64,000 nucleotides of DNA. It comes from Octopus vulgaris (lineage: Eukaryota). Every line of letters begins with the position of its first letter. Within the stretch, counting starts at the first letter, position 1. Positions 12,353 to 25,911 of the stretch are shown here, in pieces. The notes under the pieces were generated by a model that was given only the letters and a program-made list of their open reading frames with translations, was not told the origin of the DNA and made no database searches. The position numbers and the translations under genes are program-made. Location: assembly GCA_951406725.2 (NCBI GenBank), contig OX597839.1:31868001-31932000 (forward strand), read 5' to 3'.

Positions 12353-12640
12353 TGTACTCTTGTTTTCAGAGTTAAATGTAGTTTTTGCTCATCTGTAGAT
12401 GAAGAGTTATAAACGTTTTTTTTGTTTTTTTTATGAATAAACAAATGATTCATTATTTCTTTTTTAACGACTCAACACAGCAAATGATGAATTCACTCTT
12501 TCTAAATATACACCTATGTGCTGCTGCTGCTGTTAGTCCAGTGGTTACTATTAATACCAAATTACTGTGCTGCTGAAGTAATTATCTTTATAGACACGAA
12601 ACAAATCAAAAGATATTGGATGAATGGAAATATGTCTATG

Positions 12641-12901
12641 AGCACATTATTGATAATATTAACCAACATAAAATTTATCTTGACAAATAGGTACTACAAA
12701 GACATTCAATAGTCTGTCGCTATAAAACTATAGCACATCACTGATAATATTAACCAACATAAAATTTACCATAACAAATAGTTGAAACATAGACAGTCTG
12801 TCACTATAAAACTCCACACCATTGATAACATTAACCAACATAAAGTTTATCATGACAAATAGGTGGAACAAAGACACACAGAAGTCTATAACTATAAAAC
12901 T
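12641..12901. repeat. Diverged 82-91-bp tandem triplication
   Basis: tgataa(t/c)attaaccaacataaa...caaatag...agtct...ctataaaact occurs three times (starts 12641, 12732, ~12814). Confidence 0.85.
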
Positions 12902-13004
12902 GTCTCTGTCTGTATGTTCAATGTTTTAATATCATCATTTGCTAAGATTACAGAACATTTTATCTTTCTGTGCTTAATAATGGGGTTTTTTTTTGTCTTT
13001 CGGG

Positions 13005-13600
13005 AAAGGTGGCCACCAGGAAGAATAATTAGCATACAGGAAAGAAATGCTTAGTGATATTTCTTCTGGCTCTTTGCATTCTGAGTTCAAATGCTACCTT
13101 TCAGGTTGGTAAAACAAGTACCATCTGAGCACTGAAGTTGATGTAATCGACTTTGCCCCTCCTCTTAAAATTGACAAGCAATTTTGAGGAGGGTTGAGTC
13201 AATATCAGCAAACCCTAGTACATGACTGGTACTTTATTTTATAAATTCCAAAAGGATGTAAAGCAAAGGTGACCTCAGCAGGATTTGAACTCAGAACCTA
13301 AAGAGTAGGAGAAAATACCACAAGGCATTTTTCTAACACTAAACAATTCTACTAATCCACCACCTTTTTCTGTACTTAACAATCCTTTCTGCAATAGGCA
13401 CAAGGCCTGAAATTTGGAGGGGATGGGGGCAATCAATTAGATCAACCCCATTGCACAACTGGTATTTATTTCACTGAGCTCGAAAGGATAAAAGGAAAAG
13501 TTGACTTCAGTGGAATTTGAACTCAGAATGAGTAGACAGATGAAATGCCTCTAAGCGTAGCATTTGGCCCAGTGTGCCAACAGTTTTGCCAGCTAGCCTT
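13005..13600. mobile_element. Cluster of three family C SINEs (+ 13005-13173; - 13179-13365; - 13385-13600)
   Basis: ttctgagttcaaat and atttgaactcagaa B boxes and aagtacc central domains in both orientations. Confidence 0.8.
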
Positions 13601-13664
13601 CTGTACTTGATGATAGAAACGTCTAAATGACATTTAGCCAAATACAAATTGAACCTGTGCATTA

Positions 13665-13978
13665 ACTATCACTCCATCAGTTACGACAACGAGGGTTCCA
13701 GTTGATTCAATCAACAGAACAGCTTGCTCATGAAACTAACATGTAAGTGGCTGAGTATTCCACAGATACATGTTCCCTTAACATAGTTCTATAAAGAGAT
13801 TCAGCATCACAAGGTTGGCCCATTGAAATACAGATACTACTTATTTTTGCCAGCTGAGTGAAATGGAGCGATGGGAAATAAAGTACTGGCTCAAAGACTG
13901 AAGGCACTGCTGGGAATCGAACTCACAACCTTACAATCACGAGCCAAATAACCTAACCACTAAGCCATGTGCCTTCAC
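13665..13978 (-). mobile_element. SINE family B, full length, with TSD
   Basis: TSD tgaacctgtg(c/t)atta at 13650-13664 and 13979-13993. Confidence 0.9.
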
Positions 13979-15147
13979 TGAACCTGTGTATTAGCCATTC
14001 CTTGAATACTGATGAGCTTCCACTTTCAACGAAGATGTCAGCTTAGTTGAATGAGCTGTAACATTGATCTGTAATTTCAGTGGAATCAGAATAACCCTCG
14101 GTTCAGACACTTGTCAACTCAGCAGAATAGCACTGACGGAAGTAAAGGGGAAAAGCAATATGACATGGGTTGAATTGTAGAAACAGGAGTCAAGTCAGAG
14201 ACCAAAGGTTAAGTGAAAATAGACTACTCCGTGTGTGTGTGTGTACTGTGGTGGGGGTAGCAGGTAGTCATGCATACATAGAGATACTACTTCAAAGGTG
14301 AGGTGAAAAAAATTAGAGCTTTACCCTCTTCTAATCAATAGGTCTCATTTTGGCAAAAGAATCATTAGTAATATACTTTTATATATTAGCTTCTTCCTAA
14401 CTGCTAATACTTAACAGATCTAAAGTATTTCTTCTATTATTAATCAAAGGCTATGTACGTATATATGTATTCGTGTGTGCTTATATATGTGTGTGTGTGT
14501 GTGTGTGTGTATTTATAGGTAGGAAGGTAAGTAGTTAGATAGGTGTGTGTGTGTATATGCATATATATGTGTGTGTGTGTGTGTGTTTATATGTTTATGT
14601 CTATGTATGTGTGTGTCTGTTTATAGTGTGTACATCTCTCTGTGTGTGCCTGTGTATATAATAGTATTTTAATAGTTTGAAACACTATAGAAAAGAAACT
14701 AAACTCATGGCTATACATCTTCAAAAGCAGAGAAAATAAGACTATTTAATGACTGGCAACCTAAACATTTGAAGTTCAAAGGAAAATAAAGAAAAGCAAT
14801 GCTATTGTATGTTGTTTGTGTGTGTGTGTAGGTGTATAATTTCGATATTATATCTTTTTCTATTTCCCAATGAGATCTCTAGAGCATTATACTATATACC
14901 TCACTTTCTTTTGAACTTGAGCTGTTTTGGCTGAAAATCATTAAACAATCTCATTTTGTTTGCTTAAAGAAACAGGAAAAGTGGGAGTAGAATGGAATGA
15001 AAGCCAGGAAGAGGAATGAGTGTGAAGGAGAGAGTAAGAGAGACAAAAGTGGCAGCCTTAGTTTTAGGAGGTAACATTTCCACCTTCATCAATTGAAATA
15101 TCTCAACTGGCTAATTAATGAGAAATCTTCAAGAACACAAGAACTTG

Positions 15148-15184
<37 letters not shown>

Positions 15185-15354
15185 ACACACTCACACACAC
15201 ACTCACACACACACACACAAATGCACAAACCATAGCCATCAGTTGCAAGTGACCTGGTAGCATGTACTGTGCTTTTGCAGTTTTAGGTGCCTGTGTAGTC
15301 GTGAGTAGACACAGACCTCCTTCTAGTCACACACACACACACACACTCTCCCTC

Positions 15355-15520
15355 CAGTGGCCTAACTTAATGAAACGTCAGGGGTATGGCAGCTGGAGGG
15401 TGAGGTGGTCATTTCACTACTGTATTGTATTCATATTTAGCTGAGGAGACTGGAACAATGTGAAATGATGAGCCATGGTGAAGGACACAACATGCTACCC
15501 AGTCCAGGAAATGGATCCAA
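15355..15520 (-). mobile_element. SINE family B-like fragment (third tail type)
   Basis: agctgaggagactggaacaatgtgaaatga...aaggacacaaca core, with a tail unlike the other B copies. Confidence 0.5.
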
Positions 15521-15766
15521 ATACTCCCACCCCACCAAAACCATTGGGGCCACACACACACACACATATGAATGTATATAGTCATCAGATGAGAACCAGA
15601 GGTTCCTAGTATAGAAAACACTTAGTACCACTCAAATGATTCGAACTTAGATTCCAATGTCTTTAGGAGGGACCAATTCCATGGAGTAACGAACATGGCA
15701 TCTAAAGAAGAAGATACAACTAACACTGCAACAATGACATTATCTCTGATTTATAGGTGAGCAATA

Positions 15767-16108
<342 letters not shown>

Positions 16109-18919
16109 AGAGAATTGTTGTGTTATAGGCAACCAAGCAATTTGTCAAACAGTCAGAATGCATTTACTTTTTAATGTGGCTCGCATTACCAGAGCAAGCT
16201 AAAAGTTTCTCGCTCACCATGGATTTTGCTTGATATCTCTAATGTAATGCTTCACTTCGTTAATCACACATACACAGAGATTAATTATTCAGTTATTGTG
16301 TTGTTTGTTTGCATTTTGTGTGTATGTGTGAGAGAGAGAGAGAGAGAGGTGAGGAGGAAGAGATAGAAGGTGAGATAGCTACCTTTTTTTTTTTTTTATA
16401 TTTATCTACTTTCTTCAAACTCAACTCTATTCCAGGCCTCGTATTCCAGCAGTCGTCTGTGTGTGAGGTTTAATGATTCCACCACATCTCACAGAAGCAC
16501 ACAAAGGAAATTTAATTACAAGAATGTCACTGTTTCATTTGAAATTCAAATATTGTTTAGTGTGAATAAATGACTTTTAGTAATCATTTATTTATATCCT
16601 TATATGGAAAGAATCTGAGTAGCTCCCCTCCTCTACAACCTTTCGTTTTGTTGAGTTGGAAAACAAAAATTCTAGATACTCTATTGTTTATTAATTTTCA
16701 ATGATATTTTGAAGTCATTGCTTCAATGAGGAAATTGGCAAGATATCAACGGGGGGCAATAACAAGGGTACCACTCAGTTACGGTAGAGTTAAATTGAAG
16801 GAAAAATTGAATAATGAAAGAAGGAACTGACAATAACCTGTCTATAAATCTTTAAGTGATGCTATTTTTAAAGATTTTGTAATTATTCTTAAGGTCAAAT
16901 AGAGTGAGGTCAGCAAGATCACACCATTATATATTCTAAAGTCATAAATCGTGCATATATCTTAATAATGAGCTCTTTAACTAAAAATGCCAATGGACAT
17001 TCAATAAATGTTCATAAATAGATTCTCCTGTCTTGTGTTACCTGTAAGATGGTGATAAGAGAGAGAGAGGAGGCAAAAGTATAAAAACAATTAGAAGCAG
17101 TGTTATAGAAATCAAGTGCATGGATAAAAACCTTCGTGTGATCTTTGATTATAAGTTTTATTAACCACCAGGATTACAGAAATATAAGCAAAGCCTAGAA
17201 TATATATATATATATATATATAGCGAACATTTCATGTATCCACGTGTGTATGACATGAACTGATAGAATCAGAAAACCAGGTTTTAGTTCCTAAAGTATG
17301 ATCTTTTTGGGAACACCTCCTTCTAAGTATGTGCTGCCAAGAAAGGAGAAGAGATCATATATCAGTACATATATCTATGCGCACGTGTGTGTGTGTGTGT
17401 GTAAACAAATATTTTGCGTTGGTCACTTGAGATGGTTGATGTCTCTCTCTCTCAGTGTTTTCCTTATATTATGGCAGTAAAGAAAAATATATAACCTTTG
17501 CCTAAAAAGTATAACTACAGCTAAAGGAAAAATAGGAGAATTTATAGATGCTATTGGCAAGAATAATGCACAAGTAAATTTAAATCCCCAGCCTCTGGTG
17601 ACATGATGACGATGGTGATGATGATACTGTGTGTGTGTCATGTATATCATATACTGCTTTATCTCAATAAGAAGCAGGAATTATTGATACGAGCTCATAG
17701 AGAGAAGATGGAAAATGAAGCAGCCATCCAATTACTTTACCTTTGAAGTCGTTGGTTTCTTAAACAAATGTTCAGTCAGTGTTGCTTCTTTAAAGATATT
17801 CAAGCACAGGCTTGGCAGGATAAAGTAGGATTATAGATTCCATATAAACTTACATTTCCTTCTTTCACTAATCAAGTGATCTCAGTTTCGTTTGTACCTT
17901 TAAAATGGGTAGAAAAGATCAACACACCAACTAGCCTACTCCTATATGCACACACACACACATATATATAGATATATACAAACATACATACATACATATG
18001 TTTGCACTTTGGTAGTCATATGTGTATATATATATAATACAGTGTTACCCAGGAAATTTGGAAATTCAGAATGCACTGAATTGAATCCTAACTAGATTTT
18101 ATGTTCACCATCAAACCAGCAACCCTTTATTTGGGTTGGCATGGATGAGTTGGACTGTGATGCAAACAACCTACTTTCAAGTTCCCAAGCCCTAAACTCT
18201 AGCTATTTCAAGTTTACATCAATAACTACTAATATCTGTCCATACCAACAGACAACAATACCTCTCCTCATTCCTCTACGTTCGCTCAGCTATTCAGTCA
18301 GTCGGTCTCTCAAATTACTCTAGACTTCATAAGTAGATTAATCAATACTTATTTATCTCATGCAAGTGTGATAAATACAACCATTAATTAGATGTCTGAA
18401 TTTTATGTTTGATTTTTCTCAATCAGGAATATTCAGCAATAGGTTTGTATTCCTATTTTCATTATTATCGAGTTCAGGTGAGAGGGATAGTGAAGTTTGA
18501 CACTGAAGACTTACCCAGACATTAAATAATACCCCACCAACACCACCACACACACTTAAAAGCATACCATGAACCTAATTTCTCTTTTATGGTCCTCATT
18601 TCATGGTCATATAGTCAGTAGTATTATTAGTCTCAGATAATGGAGTTGGGTTTTGTATTTCATCACTCACCAAAACTGATGGATTATACATTAGTAATAG
18701 ATTACTGTTGACTTACAAATCAAAACTTTTCTTTTTTACTTAAAAAAATATGAAAAAACTAATAGACTTTGGAGGTAAATACCATCTACCCTTTCCTATG
18801 TTTGTACCCTGATGTAAACCTCGAACTGTGTTACAGGTCAAAATAAATATTATACCAAAGCTTGTTTCTAGAAATTCAATACCAGAGGAAAATTTTAAAT
18901 GTTTACTGTACATAGGTAC

Positions 18920-19272
18920 AGACCGTGTGTTTCAGGTTCAATCCTGCTGCATGGCACCTTGGGCAAGTGTTTTCTACAACAGCCCTGGGCCGACCAATGT
19001 CATGCAAATCAATTTGGTAAATGGAAACTGTTTGGAAGCCTGTCATATATATGTGTGTGTATATCTTTGTATTTGTCCCCCCTACCACCACCACCACCAC
19101 TTCTCGAGTGGTTTGTTTACGACCATGTAACCCAGCAATTTGGCAAAAAGAGACCGATGGAAAAAATGCCAGGTTTAAAAATTAGTACAAGTGTTGACTT
19201 GTTCAACTAAACTCTTCAAGGCAGTGCCCCAATATGAGCCCCACTCCAGGGACTGAAACAAGTAATAGATAA
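18920..19272 (+). mobile_element. SINE family A, 5'-eroded
   Basis: ggcaccttgggcaagtg ... gactgaaacaagtaa. Confidence 0.8.
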
Positions 19273-19880
19273 TAGATATTACGGTCATAATTACACAGGA
19301 TGTCCTCAAGAAGTCCAAATCTACTAATTCTAAATCAAATCTAAACATTCCAGTAAAGTTGAAGTCTAAGTTACCTCATCCTAAAACTTCACACATCAAC
19401 GAATTATGAACAAAGGGTTTGGTTTCCGTGTGCGTCTATCTGAGAAATATTTATAATTAATAATAGTAATAATAAAAACATTACAGAAACAAGGATCAGT
19501 CAAACAGATAATTTTAAACAAAAATCATATCAATAATTTTAATTTTTAATGTCTGAAGATTTATTGAGCAGAAGAAATACAAGATGATGATATTATGATG
19601 ATGATAATAATAGTAATAAATATAAAAGAAGGAAATGATTTAAATATTGGTGTGTGGACTCCTTCCTTTCTTCTCACTTCATATTACAATAATTTCTTCA
19701 ATAGAAACAAATTTACAAAAACCATTGAAATCTGTCAAATGTTACACACAAAACAAAAGCAACAATTTAAAAAAAAAACAAAGATGATAAATATAACATT
19801 ATATACATACACACGCACACACACACACACACATACACATACAAATACACAGACACACACAAACATATATATATACATTA

Positions 19881-19912
<32 letters not shown>

Positions 19913-20197
19913 CACACACATAGATATATATTGTTTAACTCTTCATAAAGAGTATATATCATAGAAATTTTATAGCCTTCTGTGTTTTATGCCTCAGTTA
20001 TTTTCTTATGAATAAAAATTTCATTTTCAGATACAGACATCATTTTTTTCATTCTTTTTTCTTTCTTTTCTTTTTGTTTTGCAATTTAATACTATTATAA
20101 TATTACATTGCAAAGAAGTTGAAAAAAAACAAACAACAACAACAAAATTAAAACAGAGATAATCTATACAGAGATATAAACAAGACTTTCCACTTAC

Positions 20198-20236
20198 CAA
20201 AAACAATTGTAGAAGACCAAGTAGACTGGTCATCAT
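20198..20236 (-). CDS. Putative first coding segment MMTSLLGLLQLFL (signal-peptide-like), followed by a phase-0 intron; product unknown, possibly secreted or membrane
   Basis: ATG with A at -3, in-frame upstream stop at 20264-20266, 13 mostly hydrophobic codons ending exactly at a consensus gtaagt donor. Confidence 0.5.
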
Positions 20237-20367
20237 CCTAAAATAGCCTGATGTACTATCTACTCAGTTTAAATACATGGTGTCTATGATAGCAGTACGA
20301 CCGCTGCAGTGGTGTAAACAAATTCAGGCGTTTTGATCAGATCTTTGTTGCCATACAAACAAATGAT
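20198..20367 (-). other. Probable exon of a host gene (5'UTR plus start of CDS)
   Basis: Minus-strand acceptor ttttatctgtttgtcatttcag| and donor TTG|gtaagt enclose 170 nt of unique, non-repetitive sequence. Confidence 0.65.
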
Positions 20368-20746
20368 CTGAAATGACAAACAGATAAAATACATTTTTTA
20401 TTTTTAAAGTGGCTTATTAATTAAACACATAGCTAACGAGATGCTTTTTTATCAAAAACAAGGAAATAACGAGGGAACGGATTACAGACACAACTGGAAC
20501 AACCTGTAGACGGTTATAAATACTTCTAATGCTTTATGCATGTGGTTTGTGCGTGGGTGCATATATGCATGTCTGCATGTTTTAGTAGGTTTCTTTCCAC
20601 ATACACACATGTCTGTGCACAAAGCAGTGTGGGTGTATGTGTATGCATGTGTGCATTTGCATACGGCTGTTGCACGAATCTGAACATGCATTTGGATAAA
20701 CATGTTTGAACAGGTGCTTTTTGGGCGGGTGGGTGTGTATGCATTT

Positions 20747-21072
20747 GTGGAGGTGCATGGCTCGCTGGTTAGGGTATTCGACTCATGATCGTAAGGTCAC
20801 GAGTCTGACTCTCGGTGATGCTTTGTATCCTTGAATGAAACATTTTATTTCCTGCTGCCCCAGTCCACTCAGCCGGCAAAAATAAGCTGTACCTGCATTT
20901 CAAAAGGTGAGCTTTGTCACATCCTGTGTCATGTGGAATCTCACTGAGAACAACGTCAAGGGTACATATGTCTGTGGAGCGCTCAGCCACTTGCACACTA
21001 ATTTAGCAAGCGAACTGTTCATTGGATCAGATCAACTGGAACACTTGTTGTCGTAACTGACAGAGTACCAGT
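20747..21072 (+). mobile_element. SINE family B, full length
   Basis: gtggaggtgcatggctcgctggttagggtattcgactcatgatcg head; tail gatcaactggaacacttgttgtcgtaactgacagagt. Confidence 0.88.
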
Positions 21073-21149
21073 ACGTGTGGTTCTTTATTTGTTGGGCCCA
21101 GGGGGGAGAGTGCCCACAGCCTACTCAAGGTTTCCACGACTGGAGAAAC

Positions 21150-21420
21150 TGATGCTCCTTATACTGTTGCAAGTTGATCTTGCAAGAAGAGATGAGCAGG
21201 ATGGGAGTTTTAGAGGGAGTTCTGGGGAGAAGGACTGGGTTAGTGATTAATGCAAGGCCTATGGAAGTTGGACACAACATGAATGAAGAGAGGAGAAACA
21301 AGCTTGAATGGATATGGGATGGCTGCAACCAGCTCTTTGGACCAGGGGTCATTATAGTGGCTGGAGAAAAGGTAGTGAGAGGACCAGTGCACACACACTC
21401 ACTGACTCACAACAATGGAC
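21150..21420 (-). mobile_element. Decayed CR1/Jockey-group LINE ORF2 C-terminal fragment
   Basis: Frameshifted minus-strand peptides (HYNDPWSKELVAAIP ... PRTP ... INLQQYKEH) resemble the post-RT C-terminus of these LINEs (recalled, not searched). Confidence 0.45.
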
Positions 21421-21530
21421 GAATTCGTTAAAAGGCTTCAGTATAAATTAGAAGCTTCTCCAAATATGGCTTTTCCTTAAATAGTTAAAGTGAATATTTT
21501 ACAGCTAGGTGATATTTCTTATTATTAACT

Positions 21531-21760
21531 TGCTGAGGTCTACTTTGTCTGTTATCCTGATGGGGTTGATAAAATAAGTACCAGTTGAACACTGGGGTCG
21601 ATGTAATCAACTGGCTCCACCCCCACAAAATTTCAGGCCATGTGCCTATAGTAGAAAGAATTTTTATTCTTATGAATTTTGCTGGTGTTGACGGTGGTGG
21701 CAATATAATCAATTTACCCCTCCTCACAAGACTTCAGGACTTGTACCTTTAGTAGAAAGG

Positions 21761-21801
<41 letters not shown>

Positions 21802-22140
21802 GGCAGTGAGCTAGTAGAATCATTAACATGCTGGACTCATTTCTGAGTTCAAATTCTGCCAAGGTTGACTTTGCCTTTCAACCTTTTAGGGTCAATAACA
21901 TAAGTACTAGCTGATCACTTGGGGTGATGTAATTGAGTAGCCTACTCTCCTGAAATTACTGGCCTTGTGCCAAAATTTGAAACCATTATCATTAATATTA
22001 TCATTATTATTATTATTATTAACTTGGCAGAATCATTAGCATGCCTGACAAAATACTTAGCGGTATTTTGTCTGTCTTCACGTTCTTTGACTAGCCTCCA
22101 CTTCCCAAAGAATTTCAGGCCTTGTGCCTAAAGTAGAAAG
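21531..22140 (+). mobile_element. Head-to-tail train of four family C SINEs or fragments joined by ATT-rich linkers
   Basis: 3' ends (gtagaaag or aatttgaaacc) at ~21660, 21760, 21984 and 22140, each followed by ATT-rich sequence. Confidence 0.8.
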
Positions 22141-22691
22141 CGTTATTAACTATCCATCATAAATACAATTTAGAGTAATGAAGGAAATTAAACCTGAAAT
22201 GTTCCTGGCTTTATTAGGAAGATAAGTGGAATGAAATAGTTTCAAACTAGAATTAAAATCCTTTAATTGACTCGGTTTATTGAAAGTTTACTCCTATTTT
22301 GGCACTCATATTAATCTAATATTTGTCTTATTGACAAGTATGGTAGACAGAGAGACCCAATTTTGAAAGTCAGTTGGAATTGTTTCACTTCTCTCTCTCT
22401 CTCTTATATCAAAGATGTCAATATTGCTATTCAATAATATTTGTGGATGAGCAAACATCTTTGTAATCCTAGCAGTTGGCATCAAGTTTGGCTGCAGTTA
22501 TGGTGAAAGGATCATGAAGTATTAATCAGCAAGACCAGGTTTAACTGAAGCCGTCACATCACTGCTGTAGCTGCAGTGGAATGTAAACTGTGTACAGCAT
22601 ACACAAAACAACTTGAACAGGTTTGTACACATCCTCCATAGTCAGTCATGTGTCTACATTAAAAGGGCCAAATCTCAATTAAGAATAGGGC

Positions 22692-22920
22692 TTGACGCTT
22701 TAGCATTTAAACCGGCCATATCCGGCCAAAAGTATTCTGCCTGTTTTATGTTCAAACTGGCCAGATCTGGTCTCTCACACCAACCCTACAATATCGTTTT
22801 AAAAATTAACAGCTACCTCATCAAAATCTCATAGCTACAAGATAATGCATGATTAGTTCAAAACAATTTGGATGAAAAAGCATTAATTTTGGCAGAATAA
22901 TGCGAACACTAAAGGTTTAA
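22692..22920 (-). mobile_element. piggyBac-type MITE, family M1 (copy 2)
   Basis: Reverse complement of 622-850; slightly decayed TIRs, TTGA/TTAA ends. Confidence 0.85.
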
Positions 22921-24149
22921 ATTAAAATTTTCTAGATGCTGCATTGTTTTGATTAGTCATTTCATCCAAAGGAAAGAATATAAAATCCTGAAGTAGTTGT
23001 TTTATGGAGAACTGATTTAATGGGAACTGTAAACTGAGACATTCAAAAAAAGCCAGCCTCGTGGCCAAGCATCAGTGAGTGGGTTTCAAACTTCAACAGC
23101 TTCAGACATACAATAACAGAGAGTGTTTCTTGAAGTGCTGACAGTGAATAGGGTTTACATTATTTGAAAAGCAGAGAAATGATACAAAACAAAAGCAGTT
23201 TCACTTCATTTATGCTTTCAATGCTCTTGTAGAAGCATGAGGGTCACAGCTTCACATTTGCTCTCTTTCTTACATTTGAGACTTTGCTTAAAGCCAAATG
23301 AAATTACGTTCATTGATATGAGTATGAAGAACAGCTTTGAAGATTCAAACACAGCCCTTACGTGTGTGTTCTTTTGATCATTTTCATATAAGGTTCCCGG
23401 TGCCCATAGGTGTTACATTGTTCTGCATATTTGCCTGTTTAATATAACATAATCTAATTTACATAACCTTATTTATACCAACCACACAAACCTTACATAG
23501 CTGATTAAACTGAAGTTGTTGATTAATGGCACCCATACCATTTGAACACACGACCTTTGAGCTTGCAATGTAGAATCTTGAAACCTCATTGATATTGCTT
23601 TTCTAAGCACCAATAAAACAAATTCCAGTGCCAATGTTCTGTTTATGGCAAAATTGCTGTGAAAATCTCCCATTGTATTTCGTTAATGTTCAACACAAGT
23701 TCATATTTTCTAGTATGAAAGAGAAGTGTTTAAAATTTTATGAGATATGCAAGATATCATCTCCTCTCCAAAAGGAGTCCTGTAAATAATCTGGAAACTA
23801 GGTCTCCCTTTTTCCCTCCCTATTATTTACAGTGTAGAGCTTCATATAACAACACAGCTAGCCAAAACAGCTACAATACAATGAAACACCAGGCAAATTC
23901 ATTCATTTCCAAAAGTACTAAGAGAAGCCAAATATTGTTTGATACACTCCCACACACCTACTTTTATTTCATTTTTTTCATTTTGAAGTTGGTGTGTTTT
24001 GCTTTGCACTAAATGTTTATGCCACATCATAACACGCATCTATTTATATCTGTTTCTTTCAATATCTCTGAAATATGGTGTAACTGACACAAAAACTGTA
24101 TCGTATTCAGGTACGTCTAAAAAAGCATAAAAGCATGACTTGGCACGAT

Positions 24150-24465
24150 TGTTATTGGTAAAGTACTGGAAAAACATTTTGCATTACAATGTGTGTTCCA
24201 GCTCTTAATGTTCCAAGTTCAAGTCCTGCCATGGTCAACTTTGCCTTTCATATTCTTCTGGATTAATAAACTAAAGTACCAGGGTTGATGTAATCGACTA
24301 ACTCCCTCCCCTCAAATTTGCTGGCCAGAAATAATCAACTTATCCCCTACCCCTAGATTTGCTAGCCTTGTACCAAAATTTGAAATCATCATCATCACCA
24401 ACACCAGCATCATCAGGGTTGCACATTGGCAGAATCATTACTGTATTGCACAATATGTTTTATAG

Positions 24466-24498
<33 letters not shown>

Positions 24499-24700
24499 GG
24501 TGACGAGCTGGCAGATTTGTTAGAACGTTAGTTTGTCTTCACATTCTGAGTTCAAATTCCACTGAGGTCAACTATGCCTTTCATCATTCCAGTGTCACTA
24601 TATAATAAAGTACCAGTTGAGCACTGGGTTTGATGTTATTCACTAGCATCCACCCCCACCGAAATTCCAGGCCTTGTGCCTATAATAGAAAAAATTATCA
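24150..24700 (+). mobile_element. Second train of family C SINEs or fragments with (ATT)n linkers
   Basis: Repeated gtcaact(t/a)tgcctttca and gccttgt(a/g)cc 3' ends. Confidence 0.75.
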
Positions 24701-24763
24701 TTATTATTATTATTATTATCATTACTAGTTGTGGTGGTGGTGGTGGTGGTGGTGGTAGTAGTG

Positions 24764-24817
<54 letters not shown>

Positions 24818-24825
24818 TCATCATC
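24696..24825. repeat. Compound (ATT)n-(GGT)n-(AGT)n microsatellite
   Basis: Seen directly. Confidence 0.95.
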
Positions 24826-25699
24826 TATTTCATACATTAAGTGAATGATAACCTATGTCCATTTGTTTGCTTGTTTAGTAGTAAAGAGAAAAGATTAGCT
24901 TGAATAATTTCCTATGAAAAAGAAAAAGGAAAAGAAAAGCACAACCCCCCCCCCCACACACACACACCCACACCCCCCGCAAATGAAATGAGAGATTGTC
25001 CAATAAACATCTGTCTCATATACCCTGAACCATTAATTGATAAACCTGGTCAGTAAAACAGAGGGGTGGGTGGCGGTGGGGGGGGAGAGAACTAAAACTG
25101 TAAAAATAATCTTAACACATAACTGATGTTAATTACATAACAAACTTCATCATATTTTCACCATAAGTTTTGTTTTTATTTTGTTTCCAATCTATCACTT
25201 ATATTGACTACTTGTTAAAATACTTTTGATGTTCTTGTCAAAAAAAAACACAAAAAAAAAACAAAGAAATCAAAAGGTAAAATTAAAATCACTTAAACCG
25301 TCTCATCGGCTTTCATTTCTTTTTAATATCCATTTCTAACCAAACTGAGAAAGAAAGAATCTTCTATTATTTCTACTTATTATACACAAATTTGTGTTTT
25401 ATGATGATAGACAATTTCATAATATGCAATAATGAAGTTGTTGTTTTTTCTTTTTCTCTTTTTAATTCAATGACTGCTTTCGCTGTGTTGTGGTGAAGGT
25501 TGTGAAACGGTGTTAGAGCACAAAGCAGTTTTAATTCCGAGTTCAAATCATTTCATTTTCCTTACACCATCAAAGCTCTTGGTCACTCCACTTTTCCTCA
25601 CTCCTAACATATAGATGAGGACTTTATGCTTTGACAGAACAAACCACTAGTCACTTCTACGGCATCAGTTGTTAGTTGTCGGAGCACTGCATCCTTCAA

Positions 25700-25890
25700 A
25701 ACTTCCATGCTTCCTGAGATTCGCCAACACTACACCTGATTTTCTCCCCTCCTTACACACACAAGCATGTATCTGACTCATACATTGTTCACTTTCCAGA
25801 CATTTCTACATTGCTGCATGTACTTTATATGCACTTTCTGACAAGTTGTGGTGCACCTGAGCACTGTATACAATAAGTTCATTATTATAT
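25700..25890 (+). mobile_element. Probable LINE 3' UTR fragment ending in an ATT-type tail
   Basis: Ends gtggtgcacctgagcactgtatacaataagttcattattat; resembles a recalled cephalopod LINE 3' end. Confidence 0.45.
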
Positions 25891-25911
25891 ACAAGACCAA
25901 TAGAAAATAAC

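Noticed and set aside
14008-14035. CTGATGAG as a second hammerhead core
   Set aside because: No stem II followed by GAAA and no closing stems
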